Part shown: positions 9,640-17,750 of the stretch, piece by piece
Position numbering within the stretch: position 1 is the stretch's first letter
Layout: every line of letters begins with the position of its first letter
Source of the DNA: Luteibacter yeojuensis
Lineage (GTDB): Bacteria; Pseudomonadota; Gammaproteobacteria; Xanthomonadales; Rhodanobacteraceae
DNA: 64,000 nt
Direction: 5' to 3'
Assembly: GCF_000964085.1 (NCBI RefSeq)
Contig: NZ_JZRB01000029.1
Location: 36,397-100,396, forward strand
Translations under genes and position numbers: made by a program
Notes under the pieces: model-generated
The model's input: the letters and a program-made list of their open reading frames with translations, nothing else
Told to the model about the DNA's origin: nothing
Database searches by the model: none

Positions 9640-10448
9640 TCGGCGGCCACCGCAGCTGGTGCCGCCGTGCGGGCAGCACGTTTCCAGCGCAGGTAGCGGC
9701 TAAGCCACGGCTGGCCCCAGACGCCACTGGGGCGACCCGCCACATCGATCGGCCGCGCGGTACCCGCCACGATGTCGCGCATGCGCTGCGCCAGGGCATC
9801 GAGGTTATCGAGCACCACACGGTACTGCACGCGCACATGCGATTCGTTCGCTTCGTCGAAGGGATAGGTGTAGTAGCCGTAGATCGGACCGGTATCGATG
9901 CCGGCGTCGATGCGCAACAGCGTGAGCCCCACCTTGTCGAGGTCGCGCTCGGCCAGCGCCCAGAAGCACCCATGGGCGTTGCGGTATTCGGGGCAGATGC
10001 CGGGGTGCATCACCAGGCAGCCGTGCCGGGGCACGCGGTAGATCCGCTTCGAAAGAAGCTGCTTGCTGCGGGCGATCATGAGGTCGGGTTCGCACGCGGC
10101 GAGGAAACGGGCAACCTCCGGTGCATTGGCGCTGGAGACCCGTAGTTCCGGCACGCCCGCCACATCGTTGAAGCGCGCGCGAAGGTCGCCAAGGCGCTCG
10201 CCCATCCAGGCGTTGTCGGCCGCCGCCAACCGGAACCGGTAGTAGAACCGCATCGCAAGAACATCCAGGAAGCGCCATGGCCCTACCCGCTTGAGCTCGC
10301 GGCGCACGCGCGCGCGTTTCTGCTCGCCGGTTTCCTCGATCAGGACAAGGCCGGCCAGGTCGGAAAACGACGCCAGCCAGGCCGCCAGGCCCTGGCGGTC
10401 GAAGGCATCGTCGGCATGGCACATCAATACGGTGCGCATGGATCGCAC
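9636..10448 (-). CDS. Stand-alone formyltransferase-domain protein, Fmt/ArnA N-terminal-domain-like.
   Basis: 'LVMHPGICPEYRNAHGCFWAL' resembles the formyl-transferase 'H-P-S-L-L-P-x-x-R-G' region. At 270 aa it has no C-terminal dehydrogenase domain. It is translationally coupled to the deacetylase. Confidence 0.55.
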   Translation of the reverse strand: MRSMRTVLMCHADDAFDRQGLAAWLASFSDLAGLVLIEETGEQKRARVRRELKRVGPWRFLDVLAMRFYYRFRLAAADNAWMGERLGDLRARFNDVAGVPELRVSSANAPEVARFLAACEPDLMIARSKQLLSKRIYRVPRHGCLVMHPGICPEYRNAHGCFWALAERDLDKVGLTLLRIDAGIDTGPIYGYYTYPFDEANESHVRVQYRVVLDNLDALAQRMRDIVAGTARPIDVAGRPSGVWGQPWLSRYLRWKRAARTAAPAAVAAE

Positions 10449-10578
10449 TCAGTTTGGAGACGCCCTATTCTCGCGCCGCCCCGCCGGGCGCGCGATTGGT
10501 CGAAGGCACTATGCCGCGGCCATGGATGGCCCAAATGGCACTCCTGCCGCCCCGCCTCCATGGCCGAAGCTCAGCCCC

Positions 10579-11622
10579 ATGGCCCGCCGACCCGTCCTCC
10601 CACGCCTCGCGCTTACCGCCGCCACGCTGGTGGCCGTCACCGTCCTGGTGGTGCTTGCCGGCACCATCTACAACACCATCGCCCAGCACCGCCGGTTGGC
10701 CGAGGCACACGTGCCCGGGGCCTTCTACAAGATCCACGGGCACACGATGCATATTTACTGCACCGGCTCGGGGGAGCCGGCGATCGTGCTGGACACGGGC
10801 CTCGGCGATGATTTCACCAGCTGGCAGAAGGTGCAGCCCGAGCTGTCGAAGGTCACCCGGGTGTGCTCATACGATCGCAGCGGCTTTGGCTCCAGCGAAA
10901 TGACCGGCGGCCCCCACGATGCCGACACGCTCTCGGCCGCGCTGCACGACCTGGTCGCCGCGGCGGGCATCCGCAAGCCGTTCATCCTCATGGGCCACTC
11001 CATCGCCGGCATCTACCTCCGGAGCTACGCCAGCCATTACGAGGGCGACCTGGCCGGCCTGGTCTTCGTCGACGGCGCGACGCCGCTGCAGGATGAGCGG
11101 GTGCCACGAAGCGTCGTCGCCATCGAGGAGCACCAGCGCCGTGCCATGCCGTGGCAGAAGTTCCTGATGGCTATCGGGTGGTACCGGCTGCGGGGCGATT
11201 GCGACACCGTGCAATCCGGCTTCGAGGCCTTCGCGACCATCGTGCGCGCCTACAACTGCGCGCCGTCGCAATTCGACGCGATCGAGGCCGAGATTGACGC
11301 CGAACCCAGGTCAGGCCAGGAAACCGTGCACGCCGGCCCCTTCCCCCGCCTGCCCATCCTGATCTTTTCGCGCGACCCGGCGTCGCGGCCGCCGAACTGG
11401 CCCGAGCAGGTCGGCGCAGCCAACGCCAAGGTGTGGAACATCATGCAGGAGGAGACGAGGCAGCTCTCGCCGCAGAGTCGCCGCGTCATCGCCAGGGGCA
11501 GCGAGCACTACGTGCACGTGGACCGGCCCGAGCTGGTCATTGATGAAGTCAGGCGCTTCGTCGAATCCATCCGGGTGAAACGTATCCCGTATGCCGAGGC
11601 GCAGCCGACGGTCACCCGGTAG
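10579..11622 (+). CDS. Membrane-anchored α/β-hydrolase. The ORF-track start at 10291 is rejected; 10522 is an alternative start.
   Basis: An N-terminal TM helix 'LALTAATLVAVTVLVVLAGTIY', then 'IVLDTGLGDD', the nucleophile elbow 'GHSIAG', and a C-terminal His region. Confidence 0.65.
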   Translation: MARRPVLPRLALTAATLVAVTVLVVLAGTIYNTIAQHRRLAEAHVPGAFYKIHGHTMHIYCTGSGEPAIVLDTGLGDDFTSWQKVQPELSKVTRVCSYDRSGFGSSEMTGGPHDADTLSAALHDLVAAAGIRKPFILMGHSIAGIYLRSYASHYEGDLAGLVFVDGATPLQDERVPRSVVAIEEHQRRAMPWQKFLMAIGWYRLRGDCDTVQSGFEAFATIVRAYNCAPSQFDAIEAEIDAEPRSGQETVHAGPFPRLPILIFSRDPASRPPNWPEQVGAANAKVWNIMQEETRQLSPQSRRVIARGSEHYVHVDRPELVIDEVRRFVESIRVKRIPYAEAQPTVTR

Positions 11623-11786
11623 CCCACACGGCCGTAGAACGAAAGTCATATCGCCCCCTGCGCCATCGAGGCGTATGTTCCTGCGCTTGGGGGCGAACCA
11701 CCGCGCAGCCGCGGCAAGTGCGCCAAGCCAGCTGCCTCATCCACCGCTTACGATCGGCGCGGCACTACCGCGCGCCGCGGAGGCGC

Positions 11787-12485
11787 ATGGTGATGACACC
11801 GACCGCCGATAGTATGACGCGCAGCATATCAGTCCTGGGGCGCTTGGGCGTCTTTCCGGTGATGCGCTTGTCCCTTCCAGGCCGCCGCCTTCTTGCGTAC
11901 CTGGCATTGAAGCGGCAGCCGATGCCACGCGGCGTGGCCGCGGCGCAGCTCTGGCCCGACATGCCCGACGATGCGGCGCGTGCGAACCTGCGTCGCGCAC
12001 TCTGGCACGTTCCCGCTGGCTGGATCTGCGCACTCGGCGATGAGCTTGGCCTTGACGCCACCTGCGACCTCGCGACGGCACATGGGGTCGCCGCGCGTGC
12101 CCTCGCGGGCGATTCCGTGGCCCTTGGCGATATCGCCTTGTTGTCGAACGACATCCTGCCCGGGTGGTATGAAGAATGGGCCGTTGCCGAGCAGGATGCC
12201 TTCCACCTGCTGCGCGTACAGGCGCTCGAAGCGATCTGCCGGAGCATGTTGGCTGCCGGCCAGCTCGCCCTGGCGATCCAGGCCGGCGCGGCCGCGATTG
12301 CCGCGGATCCCTTGCGGGAATCGGCCGCGGAAGCCCTCATCGACGCGCACCTGGCGCAGCGCAACCGGTACGACGCGGTGCGGTGCTTTCGTTCACTCGC
12401 CGAGCGGCTTGACCGTGAGTTGGGCGTCGAGCCGGATCCGGCGCTAGCGGAGCGCGTCGTCGGTCTCGGCCGGGGTGGCTGTTAG
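11787..12485 (+). CDS. SARP-family transcriptional regulator, a winged-helix DNA-binding domain plus a BTAD domain.
   Basis: '...LLAYLALKRQPMPRGVAAAQLWPDMPDDAARANLRRALWHV' is the OmpR/SARP-type wHTH. The BTAD-like helical repeats end in '...RSLAERLDRELGVEPDPAL'. The likely start is ATG 11787. Confidence 0.55.
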   Translation: MVMTPTADSMTRSISVLGRLGVFPVMRLSLPGRRLLAYLALKRQPMPRGVAAAQLWPDMPDDAARANLRRALWHVPAGWICALGDELGLDATCDLATAHGVAARALAGDSVALGDIALLSNDILPGWYEEWAVAEQDAFHLLRVQALEAICRSMLAAGQLALAIQAGAAAIAADPLRESAAEALIDAHLAQRNRYDAVRCFRSLAERLDRELGVEPDPALAERVVGLGRGGC

Positions 12486-12646
12486 CGTTGCCGTGGACGG
12501 ATGGCGGACGCCAGGCGGACGCGACCGGCGGGTGGCGCGGACGGCGGGGCCACGTCGGTGGCACGTGCGGTTCACAACCGGGTGCATGGTCGTGGATGGC
12601 ACCTGTGATCGACTGCCTCCACCAGCCAAGGGCGTGGAGCGGTCCC

Positions 12647-15022
12647 ATGTCGATCGACCAGCAATCCGAGCGGAACCCGTTTGCCGAAGCCATCTACGCG
12701 CCGGAGGATGCGGCGCCTGCGACGGAATCGACCCCCTCGTTTGAAACGGGCCTCATGCCCTTCGCCGAATCGGGCGGCATGCCGGTCGCCGAGGCGGCGA
12801 CCGACCAGCGTCTCATGCAGGCCTTTGCGCAGCTTCGCGACGAGGCGTTTGACGAAGCGGTGGCCTTTCTCGCCGAAGAAACCGAGCAAGCGATTGCCGA
12901 TCGATTCACCGACGAATCCCCGGCATCCGTCGCCGAACGCGAGCGCTACGGCGACGCACAGCTCGCGGCCGTCCGCTTCGAGGCGCAGCAATACCTGTCG
13001 TCGCTCGAGGCTGGCCTCGCCGACGCCCACATCGACGCGCTCACCGACGAACAGCTCAGCGAAGCACTCGATCGCCTTGACCCGCAACCGGGCGAGCTGA
13101 CACCCGCGGGTGAAGAATTCCTCGGCTCGCTGATCAACAAGGCGAAGAGCGCGGTGAAGTTCGTCGCCAACGCCGCGAAGGGCGTGGGCTCGGTGGTGGG
13201 CAAGGTGGCGGGCACCTTGCTCGGGCCCGTGCTGCAAAAATTGCGTGGCCTCATCAACCCACTCCTGAAGCGCGTGCTTTCCATCGCCATCGGCCGCCTG
13301 CCCGCGGCCCTGCAGCCCAGTGCACGTGCACTGGCGAAGCAGATGGCATCGGAAACCTGGCAGGAAGGCCAGGCCGCCTACGAAGGCGATGCTTCGCCCG
13401 CCACGCTCGCGGATACCGCGGCACTGGCTGAATCCTTCGATGCCTCCCTCGCGGAAGCCCTCGTGGCGGACCCGGCCATGGGTTTCGCTGGCGAGAGCTA
13501 TGAGGATGCCGACCGCGAAGCCGCGCCCGATGGCCGCGCACTGGAGCGCCTTGCCGAAGCGCGCGGCGAACTCATCGACCGGATACGCACCGCCCAGGAC
13601 GAAGAGGACCTTGCCCCCGCGATCGAACAGTTCGTGCCAGCGCTTTTGGGTGCGCTTCGCATGGGCATCAAGCTCGTCGGACGGCCGAAGGTCGTGCAGT
13701 TCCTCGCGCGCTACCTTGGGCAGGTGATCCGCGGCTGGGTCGGCCCCACGCTGACGGGCCCCTTGTCCAACGCCATCGTCGACACCGGCCTGCGACTCGT
13801 GCAGCTGGAATCGTCGGAGGAAACGGGCGCCTCGCGTCGTGACGAGGCAGGCCCTGTCGCGCTGGCCAGTGTCGTCGAGGACACCACGCGGCGGCTGGCC
13901 GAAAGCGAGGAATACATCTTCGAGAACGAGGACCTCACGCAGCTGGCCACGGCCGCTGCGTTCGGCGAGGCCGTGGCCAGCCACTTCCCGCAGCGCTTCG
14001 TACGGCAGGCCTTGCGCCAGGCGCCGTCGCTGGGCGGCACGTTCATCAGCAAACGTCCGCGCAGCGTGCGCACGTACCGCAAGTACAGTCGCGTGCCGGA
14101 GGTGGAGGTCACGGCACAGATGGCCGATGCGCTGCCGAGCTTCGGCGGAACCACCGTCGGCGCCGTGCTGCGTGCGGCCGGCGCGACGTTCCCCGTGCGT
14201 GCGCGGATGCACATCTACGAGGCCGTCGCAGGTACCACGCTGCCGCGCATGTTGCGCGTGGACCGCGCCGGCGGCGGGACAAGCCATGCCGCGTCGTCAC
14301 AGGCACACCCGCTGACGCCCGAAGCCGCGGGCCTGCTGCTGCGCGAGCCGAAGCTGGGCGTCGCGACGGCGCCGGGCTTCCTTCAATCACGCCACAAGAT
14401 CGCCGTCGGCCAACGCTTCTACTTGCTCGAACCCACGGGTGCGGCCGGCGCGCTCGTGCTCTCCGAGGCCGCCACGCGAACGACGGCGGCACGGCTGGCC
14501 CCAAGCCGTGCGTGGACGGTCGTTAACCTGCGCCGCTCGAAGATCACGGTCGGCCTGTTCCTGTCCGAGGCCGACGCGCAGGGGATCGCCGAGGCGATCC
14601 GCCAGGGGCGTGGCCCCACCGCCCTGCTGCAGGCGTTGACCACCCTGTACCGCGCCGCGGCCCAACGCTCCGACGCCGCGCCGCACGGCCACCTGCGCAT
14701 CGTCCACGAGGACAGTGAAGACAACGAAGCACTCGCGCCGCCCGCCACCAGCGCCCTGCCCGCCCACCTCGTGGCCGTGTTGCGGCGGCGCCTCGAAAGC
14801 TGGGTGTTGCCCGCGCTTGCGGCGTGGGTGAAGGACAACAGCGAGGCGTTCGCCCGCGCGGCGGCGCACCCGGATGCGGGCGTCACCGTGAGGATCCGGC
14901 TGACGGCCGTGCCCGGCCTCGACGCCCTGGCGCAGGCCACGTCCCCCGCCGCGGCCGAGGCCGCGCTGCGTGGCTCGCCCGCCATCGCCATCAGCGTGGG
15001 TTCCGGGAGGGGCCAGAAATGA
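12647..15022 (+). CDS. Large hypothetical protein of 791 aa with no signal peptide, an acidic Ala/Glu-rich N-terminal third, and no recognisable domains.
   Basis: ATG at 12647 preceded by GGAGCGG. The ORF-track TTG start at 12488 adds an Arg/Gly-rich extension and is rejected. The stop overlaps the next start (ATGA at 15019–15022). Confidence 0.6.
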   Translation: MSIDQQSERNPFAEAIYAPEDAAPATESTPSFETGLMPFAESGGMPVAEAATDQRLMQAFAQLRDEAFDEAVAFLAEETEQAIADRFTDESPASVAERERYGDAQLAAVRFEAQQYLSSLEAGLADAHIDALTDEQLSEALDRLDPQPGELTPAGEEFLGSLINKAKSAVKFVANAAKGVGSVVGKVAGTLLGPVLQKLRGLINPLLKRVLSIAIGRLPAALQPSARALAKQMASETWQEGQAAYEGDASPATLADTAALAESFDASLAEALVADPAMGFAGESYEDADREAAPDGRALERLAEARGELIDRIRTAQDEEDLAPAIEQFVPALLGALRMGIKLVGRPKVVQFLARYLGQVIRGWVGPTLTGPLSNAIVDTGLRLVQLESSEETGASRRDEAGPVALASVVEDTTRRLAESEEYIFENEDLTQLATAAAFGEAVASHFPQRFVRQALRQAPSLGGTFISKRPRSVRTYRKYSRVPEVEVTAQMADALPSFGGTTVGAVLRAAGATFPVRARMHIYEAVAGTTLPRMLRVDRAGGGTSHAASSQAHPLTPEAAGLLLREPKLGVATAPGFLQSRHKIAVGQRFYLLEPTGAAGALVLSEAATRTTAARLAPSRAWTVVNLRRSKITVGLFLSEADAQGIAEAIRQGRGPTALLQALTTLYRAAAQRSDAAPHGHLRIVHEDSEDNEALAPPATSALPAHLVAVLRRRLESWVLPALAAWVKDNSEAFARAAAHPDAGVTVRIRLTAVPGLDALAQATSPAAAEAALRGSPAIAISVGSGRGQK

Positions 15023-16284
15023 CCCGCGTGGCGTCACTGGAGCACCACCTCGTCAGCGCCGACCTCGAGCGGCAGGTGGCGCACTGGCTGGCTGCGTCGC
15101 GCACGTTCCGCGATGCGGAGGATTTCGCTTCCCTCGGCGCGTGGCAGTCGGTCGAGCGCAACATCGGCATACCGCTACGGCGGCAGATGAACGCGACCGT
15201 CGAGGAACTCATCGCCCTGGGTGAAGCCACGGCCACGCTGATCGCAAAGGCACGCGCCAACCCTGCCTTGCTCGACGATGCGAAAGCCGCGGTGCAACGG
15301 TTCCGGCATCGCTACGTGCAGGTGGATACCACGCTCGATTTCCTCGGCGATGCCGTGAACTCACGCACCAGCCCATCGCTCTGCGCCACGTTATCGACCC
15401 TCGATCGCCTGGCCGTGGCAAGCATGGCGCCCGTGCTCCAGCGCGCGAACAAGCCCGTGCCGGCCGTGCTGGTGTACCAGGACAAAGGCACGGGTGCGTC
15501 GATCCTGCGTGCCGGGGTGCGCCTTTGGGCCCCTGGCACGATCATGCCCGTGGCCGCGATCAAGATCGTGCGCCACAACCTGTACCGGCCCACGTCGTTG
15601 TTCCACGAAACGGGGCACCAGGTGGCGTACCTCACGGGCTGGACGCCGGCCGTGCGGCAAGCCATCGCCGCCACCCTCGCCGACGACCCGCCCCTGCAGG
15701 CGATGTGGACGGCATGGGCGCCGGAGATCACGGCCGATGTGTATGCGTTCCTGCACACCGGGTACGCATCCGTGGCCGCGCTGTACGACGTCGTCGGGGA
15801 TGCACGGACGATCCTTGCGTGGCCCATCGGTGATCCACACCCGATAGGCTGGTTGCGCACGGCGCTGGGTTGTGCGTTTTCCAGGCAATGCTTCGGCGGC
15901 GACGGGCCCTGGACGCAGCTGCAGCGCGCGATGGAAGCCTGCCACCCGCTGGGCCACGCGGACGAGAGCGTGCAGCCCCTCCTTGCCCGGTCCATGGCGG
16001 CCATGCCCCGCATCGCCGCCGCGTGCCTTGCGGCACCCGTGCCCGCGCTGCGTGGCCGCCCCATGACCGATGTGCTCGACCCGCAGCGCGTTTCGCCCGC
16101 TGCGCTGGCCGAGCTTGAGCACTATGCCGGTGCCGCGCTGTGGACCTCCAGCCACTGGCGGCAGGCCGAGGGCATCCGCATCGTCGCCCTCGCCGGCTTG
16201 CGTGAGGCCGAACAACCTGAAACGGCGCCACGCTGGATCGAGCGGGCGCGCACCTGGTTCAACGCAGGAGCCCGCGCGGCATGA
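15019..16284 (+). CDS. HExxH-motif protein of 421 aa, a putative zinc metallopeptidase-like protein.
   Basis: 'LFHETGHQVAY' (H196-E-x-x-H200, nt 15604–15618) is the only recognisable motif. It is translationally coupled on both sides. Confidence 0.55.
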   Translation: MTRVASLEHHLVSADLERQVAHWLAASRTFRDAEDFASLGAWQSVERNIGIPLRRQMNATVEELIALGEATATLIAKARANPALLDDAKAAVQRFRHRYVQVDTTLDFLGDAVNSRTSPSLCATLSTLDRLAVASMAPVLQRANKPVPAVLVYQDKGTGASILRAGVRLWAPGTIMPVAAIKIVRHNLYRPTSLFHETGHQVAYLTGWTPAVRQAIAATLADDPPLQAMWTAWAPEITADVYAFLHTGYASVAALYDVVGDARTILAWPIGDPHPIGWLRTALGCAFSRQCFGGDGPWTQLQRAMEACHPLGHADESVQPLLARSMAAMPRIAAACLAAPVPALRGRPMTDVLDPQRVSPAALAELEHYAGAALWTSSHWRQAEGIRIVALAGLREAEQPETAPRWIERARTWFNAGARAA

Positions 16285-16634
16285 ACAAGCGAACGAGGAG
16301 AAGCGACATGCGACAGCAACCACCGGATGAGCCCCGCGCGGATAGCGTGGAAAGCCAGGAGCGACTGGCCGGCATGCAGCGCGAGATGGACGAGATGCGC
16401 GTGCTGGTACGCCAGCTGATCGGCACCAACGCCGTCGAGAACGTGCTGATCAACGGCTTCTGCAAGCTGTCGGCGCAGCTGGAACCACTCGCCGAACTGA
16501 CGCCGCCGCGACGCACCCCCATGGACCCGAAGGACATGGCGCGCCTGGCCCACGTTCGCGCGGAGCTGAAACGCCCGTCGTGGATCGGCACCGGCTCGCT
16601 CGAGCCCCCCCACCCATCCTGGAGCACGCCATGA
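16281..16634 (+). CDS. Small hypothetical protein of 117 aa, a possible chaperone or immunity-type partner.
   Basis: ATGA overlaps at both ends (16281–16284 and 16631–16634) place it inside the operon. It is charged and helical-looking. Confidence 0.45.
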   Translation: MNKRTRRSDMRQQPPDEPRADSVESQERLAGMQREMDEMRVLVRQLIGTNAVENVLINGFCKLSAQLEPLAELTPPRRTPMDPKDMARLAHVRAELKRPSWIGTGSLEPPHPSWSTP

Positions 16635-17737
16635 TCCAGCAGCTTATCCAGCGCATGGTCGACGCCGGCTACACCCAGAACGCCGCTGCGCTCGAAGTCC
16701 TGACCGCCGACCCGCTCGACCTCGCCCTGCACATGGAGCAGGTGTGGAACGCGGGCGGCCACCCTGTCGGCCCGGCCCGGCAAGCGCTGCTGGCCACCGG
16801 CAAGTTCGCCGCCTACGCGCCACCTGCCGGCAGCCGCGCCTGGGACCATCTCGGCTACAGCTATGCGCTGGAGAACACGCGGGCCGTGCAGATCCTGCGC
16901 CGCGTGGTGCGCGCCTTCCGTGCAGGCGAAACCCTCGGTATTCCGCTGGCGGATACGCAACGCTGGCTAGACGCCACGGAGTGCCTGCTGTTCGGTGCGG
17001 CGAACCCCCTCTCGCCGTGGCTGTCGACCAGCGAAGTGCGCCGCCCGGCCGAGGATGTGCGCCGCAACGCCTACGATCGCGTGTTCGGCGTGCAGCTCGC
17101 GTTCGGCACCGACGATAACCAGCCATCCACGTACGATCGGCCCAATGTCAGCAACGCCCAGTTCGTGCACCTTTTCGAAGAGCTGCTGTTCGAGGTGTGG
17201 CAGGCCATCTCCAACGTAAAAAACTCATCGGGCGTGAACTCGTCCGATGACGACCGCATCTACCGCATCGCCCAGGAACTGCAGTTCACGCTGCAATCGC
17301 GGCGGCAGCAGCAACTGCTCGACCGCGAGGAACTGGCCGCGGCAACCGCCCTTGGCTGGACCGAACTGAGCTTCAACGCCAACACGCCTTTCATCCGCGA
17401 TTGCGGGGTGACGGGCACGGACGAGGCCAGCCGCTGCAAGTCGCTCGGGCTGAAAGTGGGGTTGCCCGCGCACGGCAAGTCCGAGGCCATGTTTGCGATG
17501 GCACCGGACCTCTCGCTGTTCCTGCGTACCCTTGAATCCGATGTGGTGAAGAAAGGCACCGCGTGGGTGCTCTACCTCGACCAACCGCCTCCGGCGTCGC
17601 CACCCGGCGCGCCGACACCCATCGGCGAAGAGAGCCGTCGGCTTATCACCGAATGGGCCGCCGCGACGGGCAAGGACCTGAAAGTGCGTGCCAAGCCGGT
17701 CGATACCGCCCGTCCGCGGCTTGTCAGCGTGCAGTGA
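16631..17737 (+). CDS. Hypothetical protein of 368 aa.
   Basis: 'MIQQLIQRMVDAGY...'. It is coupled to the upstream small ORF and has no motif I recognise. Confidence 0.5.
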   Translation: MIQQLIQRMVDAGYTQNAAALEVLTADPLDLALHMEQVWNAGGHPVGPARQALLATGKFAAYAPPAGSRAWDHLGYSYALENTRAVQILRRVVRAFRAGETLGIPLADTQRWLDATECLLFGAANPLSPWLSTSEVRRPAEDVRRNAYDRVFGVQLAFGTDDNQPSTYDRPNVSNAQFVHLFEELLFEVWQAISNVKNSSGVNSSDDDRIYRIAQELQFTLQSRRQQQLLDREELAAATALGWTELSFNANTPFIRDCGVTGTDEASRCKSLGLKVGLPAHGKSEAMFAMAPDLSLFLRTLESDVVKKGTAWVLYLDQPPPASPPGAPTPIGEESRRLITEWAAATGKDLKVRAKPVDTARPRLVSVQ

Positions 17738-17750
17738 GGAATGACCCACC

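Noticed and set aside
12488-12646. A TTG-initiated 53-codon extension of the first operon gene.
   Set aside because: It is an Arg/Gly-rich tail. ATG 12647 has a well-spaced GGAGCGG Shine-Dalgarno sequence.
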